Source: the human T2T-CHM13v2.0 reference genome, Homo sapiens. Taken from it: 64,000 nucleotides of DNA. This document shows positions 13,863 to 29,327 of the stretch, piece after piece. The notes under the pieces were generated by a model that made no database searches, had not been told where the DNA came from, and saw only the letters and a program-made list of their open reading frames with translations. The translations under genes were made by a program, and so were the position numbers. The stretch lies in the NCBI RefSeq assembly GCF_009914755.1, contig NC_060929.1, one strand, 5' to 3'. Position 1 is the first letter of the stretch, and each line of letters begins with the position of its first letter.

Positions 13863-14919
13863 AACTTCAGCCATTTTTATCTTCCAATCTGGGAAAATAC
13901 CAACAGCAATAACCTTCTTACCAAGCCTGGGGATAAGGAGATAATTCCCCCACAAGAAAATGGAGAGTATACAAAGAGAGACTGAAACTGAGTAACTTCA
14001 AGTAAGAAATCCCCATGATTTCATTATGAAATGGTAAAAAGTATATGTGCAATACTTCTGAGCTACAAAGAACACTTGTATTTTCTCCTTTGCATTTATA
14101 ACTGAAGTTCATCCTGTTTAAAAAACTAGGTATCTCAAACTTTTAAGTGAAGAATCTCAGTTTGAGTCACATTCCGTTTCATTCTGCCCTAATCCCTAGA
14201 TGTATACTGATTGTGCATGCAGGACTCTAGTTTCTTCTTGACTAATGGCAGGAAGGTGAACCTCTATGTCACCCATTAACTACGGTATAAGCTAGTCCTG
14301 GTAGAACAACTTGTTGAAATAGTGATTTGCAATAGACTAAGAAACATTCCCTGTAGTCAACATTCAAAATCCTACTATCATCAGGTCTCCAAGAAATTTT
14401 GTTTGATAAATACTGTTGAAGTAACAGTTTTTCATTACTTATAAAGTGGTAAGATTCGTAAGTATGAACAGTGTGTTTTTAAACATTGTTGCACTATTTG
14501 AACTTTGGCAAAAATTGTGGTGTCTGAAAGAATATGCTCATTAATCTTTACAAACAAGTTTAAGGTTTATTTCTTAGTAACATTTGATACATGAAAAAAT
14601 AAGAAGTTGGCTTTGTTAGCATTTTACCACAAATGCCAATAGTTATTTTTCTTTTCTGACTCAATAATTCATGTCCTGGATCTGTAAGAACCATTGAAAA
14701 CACAAGCAATTTTAATGTCCTATTCTCCATTTTGATGGTGCTGTGTTTAGCTGTGTGAGTGAGTGCTTATTTATTTAGAACTCTGTTGATATTACTTTAC
14801 ATGTTAAACAGGTGGAATAAATGTCCAACCTCCTGAATATATGAGCTGTGTGTTTTCCATGCGTTTTCTTTCTTTCTTCATTCCCGTTTTCTCTCTTATA
14901 TTCTTTGTTTGCTTGGGTG

Positions 14920-15214
14920 TTTTTTGTTTTTTTTAGACAGGGTCTCACTCTGTCACCCAGCTGGACTGCCATAGCATAATCATGGCTCACTGTAACCTTT
15001 AACTCCTGGGCTCAAGCAATCCCCCTGCCTTAGCCTCCCAAGCAGTTTGGACTACAGGTGCTCACCACCGTGCCCAGCTAATTATTTTATTTTTTTGAAG
15101 AGATCGACTCTCACCTTGTTGCCCAGGGTGGTCTCAAACTCCTGGCCTCAAGCGATCCTAACATCTCAGCCTCCGAAAGCATTGAGATTACAGGCACGAG
15201 CCACCACACCCAGT
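14920..15214 (-). mobile_element. AluJ
   Basis: Reverse Alu with ctcctgggctcaagcaatc and ggcctcaagcgatcc diagnostics. Confidence 0.93.
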
Positions 15215-16982
15215 CTCATATTCTTTTTTGTTGTTGTTTTTTTCCCAGTAGTTCGTTTATTTTCTTCCTTTCTGATTGCATCCATGTCCAATGTAGTCAC
15301 CCAGTTATATTTCATTTCTTATCAATTCACAACATTCATGTTCATTTTTAAAACCTCAATAAAACCAATTGTACTACATAACCTTTTAAAGATATGATGC
15401 ATCTTGATGAATGGGAAACATAATAGTAGAAGCTCTTAAAAAAAGAACCTCTAATTCTGAATAACTGGCACATTAAATCATCATCCAACTATACCATTGT
15501 GCTCTAAAAAATTCTCAACTCTCAGAAGTAACATAATTAATAGTTGAGAGAGATAAAGATTATAATATTTAATTTGGTTGCAACAGAAAAGCACATTTGG
15601 AAAACATTTACTAGAATTCAAAAAAGATGGATACAAATCAATTTTGCCTGTTGTCTACATTGCTGTTTCATTCTCCAATTGCCAACACACCATAAATTTG
15701 TACTAGAATTAGAATTTTGACATATCATTAATCAGAGAAATAAATATGAAACAGCTTGATGAACCCTAGTATAAGAAACAAAATTTCAAATAAAAAGTCA
15801 TCCCGTATGCGTCATTTCTTGCAGGAGCTTAATATAATTTAGGAAGTCATATAATAAATTTCTACAAAGGACACAAGCTCCCTCATCCTTGTTTTTTATG
15901 GAAATTTTTCTAAGAGAAAATATTAGCTTAATATCATAAAAATGTGTTTTCACATATTGTTGGTACCATCTCTCATGATGTTCACATCTAACTTCTACTG
16001 AATTTTACTTTTAAGATAGTAATTTATATCTAGCATGGAAATTTTTCTATGTATAAGGTATGACTAGAGAGTTCTTGTTAAACTGAAAAATATGACCACT
16101 TGAGTTTATTAAGCTGCATTACATACATTGAACTTTTAATATATCAATAAAGAATAGACCATGCCTCAATTTGAATGTCTATAAGTGGCTATTAAAATAG
16201 TCCTGGCAAGAAATACTCATAGCATAGAAAACGTAGTGTAGCTGATAGATGGATATGAGAGCTGTTTAAGAGCTAAGGCCAACAGTCCTGGGTGAATAGA
16301 TTATGGAGAGTGAGAGGGTAAGATGACAAGTATGACTCCTAGGTTTCTGTTTCAAACAGTTGGGCCTACATTAGTACCCTCAACAAAGAAACCATGAATT
16401 GAGTTTCTAGACTAGATTTTTTGACTTGTTCTACTTCTTTCCACATTTGTTATCCTGCCCTCAAACTCTGCCTTTATACTAAAAAAGGCCCCAGAAGCCA
16501 CTTCCGAGTGTCTTAAAGATATATACGATATATATGGCCTTTCAAAGCTAACCCTTTTCCAAAATTAAGTAGAGTTTGCATCTCTTGCTCTTATTTTGTG
16601 ACCTTAGTTTCTACTTTTTGGGGTAAACCCATATAGTATTGCCTGGCTAGATATTTGAAGTCATAGCTGTTCGGATGCTATTTTTACATATGCCCAAAGC
16701 CCATGCTTTGTAGGCTTACTTACTTGGGTATGAAGCCCTAGGCTTACCTTGCAAGGATGAAAATTTAGGCACATATTTTTTATTCTTTTTGGAAACTTCG
16801 TTGAAATCTTCTTTATTAAATCTATCACTCAATGTGTGCTTTCTACCAAGCACAGAATAAGAATAGTATCACCAATCTCTATGCTGACTTTCTTTCTAAC
16901 TAACTGAAGAAATATGATGGCCATTTATGTAGGTAAAGTCTCAAGTTGAATAGACCGAAGACATATAAGAGGGAAGGTTTCA

Positions 16983-17476
16983 TGTGGCAGTCCATATAAT
17001 GCCCCCCCAATGGTATAAGATCTTAACGTCTAGAATCTGTGAATGTTGTTTTATATGGGAAAATGGTCTTTGCAGTTGTGATTTGGTTAATGATTTTCAT
17101 ATAGGTAGATTATCCTAGATTATCTGGGTGCATCCTAAGTGTAATCACAAGTGTCCTTACAGGAGGGAGGGAGAGGGGGTTTCAGGGACAGAAGTTAATG
17201 TGATCATGCAGGCAGAAATAGCAGTAATGTGGCCACAGGCCAAGGAATGCCAGAAGCCACAAGCCAAGGAATGCCAGTAACTGTCAAAAGACAGCAAAGA
17301 ACACATTCTCCCCTAGGGCCTCCAGAGAAAGTGTAGCCCTACAGACACCTTGATTTCAGTCCACTGAAACTTATTTTGAACTTCTGGTCTCCAGAACTGT
17401 GAAAGCATAAGCATCTGTTGTTTTAAACTACCAAGTTTGTGGTAATCTGTTACAGCAGTTACAGAAAGCTAATGCA
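16983..17476 (+). mobile_element. MLT1D-like solo LTR
   Basis: tgtggcagtccatataatgcccccc...gattatcctagattatctgggtg...ccaaggaatgccag...ttgtggtaatctgttacagcag. Confidence 0.85.
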
Positions 17477-17479
17477 TAT

Positions 17480-17725
17480 AGAATAATGTTTATGAGTGTA
17501 GTAGGCTCTACAGCCAAACTGTTTTAAGTTTGAAAACTAACTTTTTGTTACTATGAAAATGGGGCAAATTATAGTTTGTTCGGTATTTTGGTGTTTTTTT
17601 AAAATATGATTATGATAATATAATAGTAAGAATCCATTTCATAGAATTGTGTGAGCATTAAAGAGAATGATTCTTGTAAAGTGGCTAGAAAAGTCACACA
17701 CAGATGTTAACTATTATTATTTATT
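17480..17725 (+). mobile_element. Degraded MIR
   Basis: ataatagtaag...catagaattgtgtgagcattaaagagaatgattcttgtaaagtg...atgttaactattatt. Confidence 0.6.
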
Positions 17726-18586
17726 TAACATTATAATGTTCTGCAGTAGCAAGGATAGTTAGGGAATTTCCATCTTTGAAGTCTTACAGTTATTCATTTT
17801 CTTGTGCCTAGAAAACGATGGATTTTCATTCTGAATTATATCAGTCTCAAAGATTTTATAATTGTATAACAAAATTGGAGTTATTAATAGTAGGAGATTG
17901 ACAAAATGATTCTGAGAGTTGATTCTAGCTTATTTGATAAGGACCAAAGTTCTTTGGTAATAGCAAGGACTAGAGAAAATAATGAAGAAAGTAACTGCTG
18001 TAATATCTGGTAACTTAAGCCAATTTGCAAAAGTCACAGCAGTGGTCAGTCCTGGGATTTCCTCTAGACAGGAGGTGAAACAACATGGAATTATTAAAAT
18101 ATTTACTCATTTACACTGATGACAGCCACATTAGCAGTCACAAGTCCGCAATACTCAGGAGGCTGGCAAGCTCACAGACTCTCTACAATTAATTCTTTTA
18201 TAAACCGAAACATCTCCTTTCTGTTATGTGAACCAATTTCAAACTTTATCTCACAGCTTCTTTTAAACTTTAACCTGTTCACTTAGGTATGTTTTCAATT
18301 TACTTCTTCATTTTGTTTGATGTAGCATTTTAACTTATTCTATTATTAACATGAAGAGTATGAGCCTGGTAATTGAGGGAACTAGAAGTATCATATTGCA
18401 ATTTTTTTATTTAAGTTTCCTGCTCTATTTAGTTGATTTGGAACTCTATACTGGAATCATTCATTCTCATGTTTAAAAGGATGTGGGCATATGCTAGTCT
18501 TTTTCCGTGTTCTTATCTGCCATGTTGTCCCAGAATTCAATGACTTAATACATTTTACTTCTTCCAAATAAATCCAATGCCTTAAC

Positions 18587-19297
18587 AGATATGGTTTGGC
18601 CCTGTGTCCCCACCCAAAACTCATCTTAAATTGTACTCCCATAATTCCCACGTGTTGTGGGAGGGACCCAGTGGGAAATAATTTTAATCATGGGGGAAGT
18701 TTCCCCCATACTGTTCTCTTGGAAGTGAATAAGTCTCATGAGATCTGATGGGTTCATCAGAGGTTTCCGCTTTTGCATCTTCCTCATTTTCTCTTGCTGC
18801 TGCCATGTAAGAAGTGCCTTTTGCCTCCCACCATGATTCCGAGGCCTCCCCAGCCATGTAGAACTGTAAGTCCAAATTAAACCTCTTTTTATTTATTTAT
18901 TTATATTTATTTATTTATTTATTTATTTATTTATCTATTTAGAGATGGAGTCTCTCTCTGTCGCCCAGGCTGGAGTGCAAGTGCAGTGGCGTGATCTCCA
19001 CTCACTGCAAGCTCCTCCTCCGGGGTTCACGCCATTCACCATTCTCCTGCCTCAGCCTCCCGAGTAGCTGGGACTACAGGCGCTCACCACCACGCCTGGC
19101 TAATTTTTTGTATTTTTAGTAGAGACGGGGTTTCACCGTGTTAGCCAGGATGGTCTTGATCTCCTGACCTCGTGATCCACCCACCTTGGCCTCCTAAAGT
19201 GCTGGGATTACAGGCATAAGCCACCACGCCTGGCCCAATTAAACCTCTTTTTCTTCCCAGACTTGGTTATGTCTTTATCAGCATTGTGACATGGACT
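18587..19297 (+). mobile_element. THE1A/B solo LTR interrupted by AluY
   Basis: gatatggtttggccctgtgtccccaccc...aattaaacctctttt...gtctttatcagcattgtgacatggact. Confidence 0.9.
18891..19234 (-). mobile_element. AluY
   Basis: cactgcaagctc, accgtgttagccaggatgg; (ttta)n tail; TSD aattaaacctctttt. Confidence 0.96.
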
Positions 19298-19964
19298 TCT
19301 CAAATATGATAGATATAATTTATCTCTAATATAAGATGTTTTATATACAACCACGTAACATTGAAAATAACAGAGATATTACTAAAGAGAGAACTTTGGA
19401 ACCAGGGCATGTGGTGAGATTAGTATTTAATATATAATATTTTATCTAATTAATGGGACATTGAAGTTTTAACCTACAGTATTTTGCCATATTATTGACT
19501 TGTTTAAATACTCCTGTAGTTGTAGAAAGGAGAATATCCTGGGTGTCAACTTCCACATCTGTTAATCTGGATAGGATTCTAATTCAGTGTTTACAAAATT
19601 GTGAACCACAAAATTAGTTTCGCAAGATATTATTTGATGTTCTATGAAAACCACATTCTGTGATCAAAAAGCCTTGGCAAGTACTTGGATAAAGTTAAAT
19701 GCTTGTTGTTTATTTCCTTTAGCATTCCTCAGAATACTTTAATACAGTGAAGTTTAGTATAATCTGATGCTCCTAAAGTAGGTAGAATTCCCTGATTCTG
19801 AAATCTATTTAAAAAGACAAATTTTAGCTTTGTTTTCTCATTTGTTGTTAATAACCTTGTACCATATTATGGATCTAGTTTTTCTTCGAAAGTGGTTTGG
19901 AACACAAAGGAACACATGATATCTAAGCTCTACTCCAGTGGTAACATCCTTATTTTTCTTTCTT

Positions 19965-20265
19965 TGTTTTCTTTTTTTTTTTTTTTTGAGACGGTGTTTC
20001 GCTCTGTCGCCAGGCTGGAGTACAGTGGCACGATCTTGGCTCACTGCAGCCTCTGCCTCCCGCGTTCGAGCAATTCTCCTGCCTCAGCTTCCTGAGTAGC
20101 TGGGACTACAGGCATGTGCCTCCATGCCCAGCTAATTTTTGCATTTTTAGTAGAGGCGGGGTTTCACCATGTTGGCCAGGATGGTCTTGATCTCCTGACC
20201 TCGTAATCCACCCGCCTCGGCCTCCCAAAGTGCTGGGATTACAGACGTGAGCCATGGCGCCCAGC
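19965..20265 (-). mobile_element. AluSc-like
   Basis: Reverse Alu with gtcgccaggctgg and ttggccaggatggtcttgatc. Confidence 0.95.
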
Positions 20266-22029
20266 CTTTTCTTTCTTAATTGTAGAATTAATACATGAAT
20301 TCATTGAAAAAAGCAAACCACTGCTGACTAATGTTTTAGTAATATATCCCCTTTCTAATTTCTTCTTATCAAATCCTGTCGTAAAAGATAACACACATAT
20401 ATATATATAATCCAGTTTATATCCAATTTCTTATTTTTCCCTGTATTTCTTCCTCCCCTGTATTGCTATTTCACCTGAATTCATGTATTTAGTAAATCAT
20501 ATGCAGTGCTTCTTTTTAAACTTTTACCCTATAACAGGAATGCTTGGGGATGCCTAAAGATAGGTGTTACATTAAAAATAAATGTATTTCTGAACAGAAA
20601 AAACAAGAGTGTGACTGAACATTATTTCAAGAGTACAAAGTCGTAGCAGATTATTTTTGCAATTTTGGGTAAAGAGACTTAAGGAAAATCTGGCTCATAC
20701 CTCTAAAATTTTGAAAAATGAACATGGATAATTTTTGCTTCTGAGTCTCCAAGAACCCCCTGGGGCATACTCTGTGTGAGGCAGTTGAAAATGTCATTTT
20801 TAAGGCTGTGGAAATGATAGCTTTTCTTCCATAATTGATCAAACTGAAGGTAGCAATTTTATATATGTAAGTATTTTCTTAGTAGTGGTTTTAGGACTAT
20901 TTGGGCAGGTAGAAATCACCATGTAAAAGCAATTTCTGGTTTTAGAGAAAGAGTAAAAAGGAAAAAAAAAAGTGTATAAAACCCTAACCTACTCCAAATA
21001 TAGTTTATTCCACTTAAGAAGGAAGATCATTCTGTTCCAAAGGCCTCTACGTTACTGCATAAAGAGGGAGGTAAAAGATTGAAGCAGTTTCTTCGTTACA
21101 TTTAGCATTTTCTCTGATTTTTTTGATTTTATAAAGGAGATCTTTTGCTAACAGGAGTTTGTTGCTTTATAAGGGTTTTTATCCACAAAATAGCTAAGAT
21201 TAGCCACAATATAAAATATGTATTGAAGAAGTTTCATCTGTTCAATGATGCTAATAGTAATCTGTGATCGCCTATTTATAGAGAGGAGTCAGTCCATAGA
21301 CTCACCACTCTGCTAAGGTGCACCAGGTGCAAGAAAAATGTAAGGGACAACTCTTCAAAGATGAAAGGCACGTCCCTGTTAGCTATTGTAAGCTGCAGGC
21401 TCTCATGATCTTCTTGCATCTTCAAAGATCCCTAGGGCTGCTATGTAAGGCCTGTCGTGGCTCCTTCTTACTCACTGCCAGTCTCCAGCTTCCACTAGCC
21501 ATATAGAATCTTCTTGGCATGAGACCTCCCTAGTTGTTTTCTGATCCTCTTTAAAGTCAAAAAAAAAAAAAAAAGAAGATAAGAAGTTAGAGGAAAATCA
21601 GCTACTTTTTTCTCTTTTTTATCTGTGCTAACCTTGAGGCTAGTCATGAAATACAAACTTATTTTTTCTCTTTTAGTTTCATCCTTCATATAAAGCTTAG
21701 CTAGATGATAGAGAAGGCGGCAGATGGGAATCAGGCCATGTCTCCTACCTGCATAAAAATGTAATTATTAAAATTATCTGTTTATTTTGTAAAGATGGGA
21801 AATTGGAAGATTATCTCTTTTTGCCCCTGCAAATGGATGCTAATGTTCAATATCAAAGCAATAAATTTTTACTTGGCAGCAGATTTCTTTTATGTAGGAT
21901 GGTTTCATTTCTGTTACATGACTAAATATCCCCAAATTAAATCTGATGATTGTTTGGGGCTCATCTTCTAATAGAACGTGATTTAAAATCATCATTTTTT
22001 TCATATAAAATATTAATTTTTTTCTCAGG

Positions 22030-22115
22030 TATTGCATAAAAAGACCTTAGGAACAGTGCTTGGGAAATAGTAAGCACTCAAAATTAATAGGCATTTTGTT
22101 TTATTATTATTATTC
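22030..22115 (+). mobile_element. MIR fragment
   Basis: cttaggaacagtgcttgggaaatagtaagcactcaa. Confidence 0.55.
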
Positions 22116-23111
22116 CTATTTTATAGTGGAAACATTCACAGTATCCAACCGTAGAAGATGGACTAATGACATACATTACATACATTTGGAGGATTAAAGC
22201 ATAGTCATTATTAAAGACTTCAATGAAAACTCTTCAGTTAAATGAGGGAAATAGACAAATCTTTTTAAAATATTGACTATAAAATAGCTTCTATGTGCTA
22301 TGCTAGAAAATATCTTATACATACTAAAAATAATCCTGAGAAAATATAAAAAGCAATGAGCATATATATATGAATAATGAAAACATGAGTAATTTTCTTT
22401 TCATTCTACTTTATTATCTAAATCAAAAATATATAAATATAGATAGACAGATGTTACTTTAACGTGAAATATGTAAATCTTGGCACTTTAAGATAAACAG
22501 CTAATCCCATTCTTCAGAAAAAGATCCATGCACAATTTGCCAGCATATTTTTATCAAAACAGTTTTGCAAAAGTATAACTGACCACTTTCCAGGAGTGTA
22601 AAATGTATCTTGAGGTTAGTGTTCCAAATTTCTACTTTAGAATTAGTAAACTTTGTAATTCCTATAACCTTTGTACTAGGCATACACATCATTTCACATT
22701 TATTTTAGTTCCGTTCTCCAATTAAGTAACAGAACTTGCAATCTCCGTTTTCTCCCATAAATTAATTCAATTCGACAAGTAAATGGAAGACCAAGCACAG
22801 TGAGACACAATGCCACATCCCTCTGCTTTAGGGATAGGGGACTTGCTCCTTACAAAGCTCTCCTGTAACAGCCAACAGTGCTGGTTCAGGTTTGCCATAG
22901 AAAAGAATGTGCTCCCTTGCTCTTTCTCTTTATTGGCATATCCATTTCTGGATGATTGATTATTGCCTAGAGTCTTCAGGAAGCCTGGGGAAGCAAACTC
23001 AGCTCTCCTTGGAATGTTTTTGTTCAGCCAAGCCCTAGGCAAGGAGGCATCTGTTGAGGGACGCTGTTAGAATCCTTCAGGTGTAATGAAAGAAGTTAAC
23101 ATCTACATTAC

Positions 23112-23295
23112 TCTAAAGCAGTGGTCCCTGGAACACCTGCAACAGAGTCATCTGGGGAAGCTGCTAAAAATTCAGATGCCTTGGCTCCACCCCAAAACAA
23201 TTAAATAAAAATATTTGAGGGTGAAGATCAAGTACAGCCATTTAAAAAAATTCCTCAGTGACCTCCTTTACACATTAAGATTTTAGAACCAGCAA
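23112..23295. mobile_element. MER5-like DNA transposon
   Basis: tctaaagcagtggtccctgg...aaaaattcagatgccttggctccacccc...ttttagaaccagc. Confidence 0.7.
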
Positions 23296-23622
23296 TGTGA
23301 ATTTTCACTGTGTCTATGCAAGCGCTATTAAGTCCTTTGGTAGGTTAATTGAAGACTAACAACTGGGATATTCTTGACTCTTGTGTACTCCTTTTCTACA
23401 ATAATTATCTGCTTTAAAGCTAAAATTTGCTTCTCTGGTGGAAGCTTTAACCAGATTGACACTTTTCTTTATTTGCTTCTGGGGAAATAGATAGGATTAT
23501 GCTGTAATCCTAATAACTCCCCCCCCCCGCCCCAAATAAACCAACAACAGACATTTTAATTCACCAATCATTTCTTCGTTTAGCTTTCCTTTTCTGTTAA
23601 ATCAAGAATAAGAAAACAAATG

Positions 23623-24530
<908 letters not shown>

Positions 24531-25491
24531 GCATATAAAAGTAAAAGGTAGGGCTCAGCTGACAGTTATTCCATATAGTGAGGGAGACACAAAGTATCTC
24601 CTATTTAGCTACCTTATTATATCAATGCTAAGGACCCACATCACTGGATACATGAACTAAAGATTCTATCCATCAACAAATAAAACAACTTTGGAAAAAT
24701 ACATGATTAATGTATAAGCCCATCTACTTTCAAAAATATTTATATAACCGTATGAATACATTTTTATTGTTTGCTTAAGGTTACATAAAGTTTTGGAAAA
24801 TCCATGTGAAAATAATGTGTAAGAAATGCCATTGAAATAATAATTGGTACCTATTTTCAGATGTTTATTTTCATTGGATTATCATATTTGGACAATGTAA
24901 TTATCTCTAACTTTTCTGCCATTTCGGGTAGGATCGGAGATATTTTTACATCATTTTAGCTTTCTGATAAGAAAAAAATAAATATATGTACATAAAATAT
25001 GTTTCCTGATAATGAACTCAAACAGGAATTTGTCTTATTGAGTCTTATTAAATCACTTTCAAAATGATTTGAGAGGCAGTGTAGGAAAAAACCGCAACTA
25101 TGATTTCAAAGGAGATAACATTGATTTAGCAACACACAGTAGGATTCTACACGAGAATGAACTGATGAGACATACTGGAGTATTTCATTCACAATAGTCT
25201 ACATGTAGCTTTTATAATTTACATAATCATATATGATATGTAAAGCAGAATATGCAAATGTCCAAGTAACAGTGTCAACTGATGCTGTCTAACGCTACCA
25301 CCACTTCCCTTCGTGAAGACTGTAAACTCTTTCCCTGACTCAATGTTAACTCAGAGTGGATTTATGTCTGGATTTACTTTTCTTTTCCACCTTCAGAAAA
25401 CAGGACTTTAGGAAGACTAATCTGAATCTGGCAAACAAGAAAAATGTATAAAACTTTTGAAGAGGGGAAAAAGCATAGAGCAGTTGTCCCA

Positions 25492-25791
25492 TAGTCGGCT
25501 CCTTGGTATCTGCAGGGGATTGGTTCCAGAGGCCCTGTGGATACCAAAATCTATGTTTGCTCAAGTCCCTGATATAAAATAGCCCAGTATTTGTGTAAAC
25601 CTACATACACCCTCCCATATACTTTAAATAATCTCTAGGTTACTTATAATGCCTAATGCAATATAAATAGTTGTATTTTTTTATTTGTATCATTTTGTAT
25701 TGTTGCATTTAAGATATTTTTTCTCAAATATTTGTCATCCACCGTTGTTTGAATCCCTGATGGAGAAGCTGCAGATACGAAGGGCTGATTG
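25492..25791 (+). mobile_element. MER2 (TcMar-Tigger) MITE
   Basis: ttggtatctgcaggggattggttccag...ggataccaaaatc...ctcaagtccc...gatacgaagggctgattgta. Confidence 0.85.
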
Positions 25792-26439
25792 TATGTGTAT
25801 TAGAGACAGAAATAGAAAGGGATAGGCTAGAAATCACCAGGGTAAAGAATATAACTGAAGGGCTATTTGTAAAAAGGGTTGAGGATCCTTATGATTTAAA
25901 GGCAGGGGATTACTGACTGAAAGTCCACCACATTCCCATGTCTTGCTTAGTAGCAAGAAATAAAAGAAACATTTAAAAGGAGAGATAATATTTGTTCTGT
26001 GTCTGCTATGTGACAGGGTATCATAAAAACAAATTAGCTGTGTTCAAGAGTTATGTTACCCATAACTTACAAATTAATTTGGCTTCTATTCAAGGGACCA
26101 GTCATATTCTAAATAGAATTACTTAATTACAACTGCAGATTCTGAGCTGGGACTCTGATTGGCCTAGCTAGGATCAGCTGCAGACCTTTTGACAAATCTG
26201 CCAGTGGCATCTGTGGATGTGACTTTGATTGGCAGATTAGGTCACATGCCCATTTATAGACATAAACTATGCCTGGTTTGTCAGTTTCCAAGGGCAAAAG
26301 TGTGGCTGCCTTGTATGTGACTAAGGAGATAGAAGTAGGAAAAGAACATTTCTGAGAAACTGGTAGGAGAGAGTGGAGCTGGGCAGATAAAACTTGGTGT
26401 CTGCAGGAGCCATTGGAAAGTGCCCTTTCTCTGACCACA

Positions 26440-27221
26440 TCTGGGAAAATTTGAGTATCAAAATACACAGTGATAATGATGAATTATGGCGAATTGAATA
26501 AAATAGGTATGTGTGAAGCCATACTGATATAAATAAATAAATAGAAAAATTTTTACTTAACTAGAATGCCAAATAATAGATCTAGAAAGCATGATGGAGC
26601 TAAAACATTATCAATGTTTGCTAAAGTAGTGAGTTTGAAGAGCAGAAATTTTGTATAATCTCAAAGAATGTCCTTACAAATTTGTCATTGGTAATTATAA
26701 AGGGAAATACAATGCTACAGAGCAGAAATCTGTGGACTCTGCCTTCACCAAGGGATGAAAGTTAACATCACTCGTACTGGGACACACATCATGGGCCTCC
26801 TCATATGGAACACTTAAAGAGGCATGATATCACTGCTGCAATACTTCTGTTCACATGCATAATCAAACCATAAAATACAACAGAGACTCGAACTGAGAAA
26901 CATTGCCTAAAATAACTGGCCTATGTTCTTCAGAAACATGAAGATCAATGTACACCAAGAAAGGCTGAGATACTTTTCTAGATTAAAAGAGACTAATGAG
27001 GCATCATATATAAATGCAGTACATGATCCCAGATTCGTTCTTGGACAGGAAAATGATCGCTAAAAAGGACATTAATGGAACAATTAAAATGGGTTGTGGC
27101 TTAGATAATATTATGTTTTTGTTAAAGTTCCTTATTTTGATAATCATAGTGTGGTTAGAAAGGGGAATGTCATAGTTCTTATGCAAAACATACTGAAGTA
27201 TTTGCGGATATCATCACTTAC
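26440..27221 (+). mobile_element. Old L1ME/MC 3' region
   Basis: gttaacatcactcgtactggg, aataactggcct, tagattaaaagagactaa, aaaaaggacattaatggaacaatt. Confidence 0.7.
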
Positions 27222-27222
27222 C

Positions 27223-27571
<349 letters not shown>

Positions 27572-28187
27572 TGAATACACACATGAAGGATGTCAACTTT
27601 TGAAATAATGAGGATCAAAACTGCTGCTATTACAATCAATGTTTAAATATGTGTTCCATGATATAAGCTGAGTATTTAGAATATTATATGCTATTGATCC
27701 TTTTTATTTAGTTCTAGGACTGTAAGAAATAACTGTACTTGAAGAATGGATCAGAGACATTTTGCAAACATACTTTCATTAATGACTCGTGCTTATTCCA
27801 CATTAGATGGATAAATTTTAAATATATTGCATAGACATCCAATCTTATGGGACTCTCTGTAGACATCATAGGATTAGAAAAAAATCTCTGAAAAATCTAA
27901 GCTTCTTGTTTGTCATTTTAAAACTTGATACATAAGAAATTCACATTCCAAAACACATTTTTTTCCAAACAATATAAAAAGGAACAGTTTTGTTTAAAAA
28001 AATTCTGTTAATGTGGAAAATTTTAATTGCCATTTCAAGTAATATGTTTTACTGTTTTTTCAAGTTTTTAATATTTCAAGGTTGGCTGAAGTTTTCCTTG
28101 ATAAACCGAAACTTGTGGGATAATAATGGGGGTTGGCAACCATACTTAGACTTGGGCAAATTTCATTATTAAAAGCTATATATTATT

Positions 28188-28543
<356 letters not shown>

Positions 28544-28866
28544 TTATATTTTTTATTCAACTACAGAGCATTATATTTAATAATAATTCAAAGACTTGCT
28601 ACATATTTTAACATGAATTAGAAGCAGATAATGTCTGAAATGGAAGAATGGCAGAAATTATCTGGTCGAGATAAAAACTGATATCCAGAGAATCTAAGGA
28701 AATTGACCTAGTAAGAACATATGTCATGTGTTTCTCTTATTATATTCTTTCTTATTCCACTTTTACTATATTATTCCTTATGAATCTCCCCAAAAATGAT
28801 AGAAGGAGAAAATACTAATATTTTAAAGCAAAGAAAATTTGATAAAATATTTAGCAGAAAAAATAG

Positions 28867-28868
<2 letters not shown>

Positions 28869-28909
<41 letters not shown>
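28869..28909 (+). repeat. Pure poly(T) tract, 41 nt
   Basis: Counted directly. Confidence 0.95.
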
Positions 28910-28913
<4 letters not shown>

Positions 28914-29327
28914 ACATGAGAGTATTATTCTGTAACATTTTTTTTTTAATCCATGCTATGTCTAAACATCCTTTGCATCACTTAGTAGCTGGTTGACCAA
29001 TGCAGGCATTTGCAAAATAGTACGCTTGGGGCATGAATGAGATTTTAGTAGATTTCAAAAGTAAATAACATAGTACAAAATAGCATATTCTGAAACACAA
29101 TCCTTAACAAACTGATTTACTTGCACGTAACATTTTAAGAAACCTCTACTGGACATTTTGTTGCAGAGTAGGTTAAAGGAGAAAAAAGATTCCTTCTTTC
29201 TTTATTCCTTGTCTTCCTCTTTCTCTAGCTAGTTAAATGGCTGTGGATTTACTTGCTATTAATTACAAAACTATAGCTATTAATCTGCATTTATTCTAAA
29301 TTTGAGGAGAGAGTAGAACACATAAGG

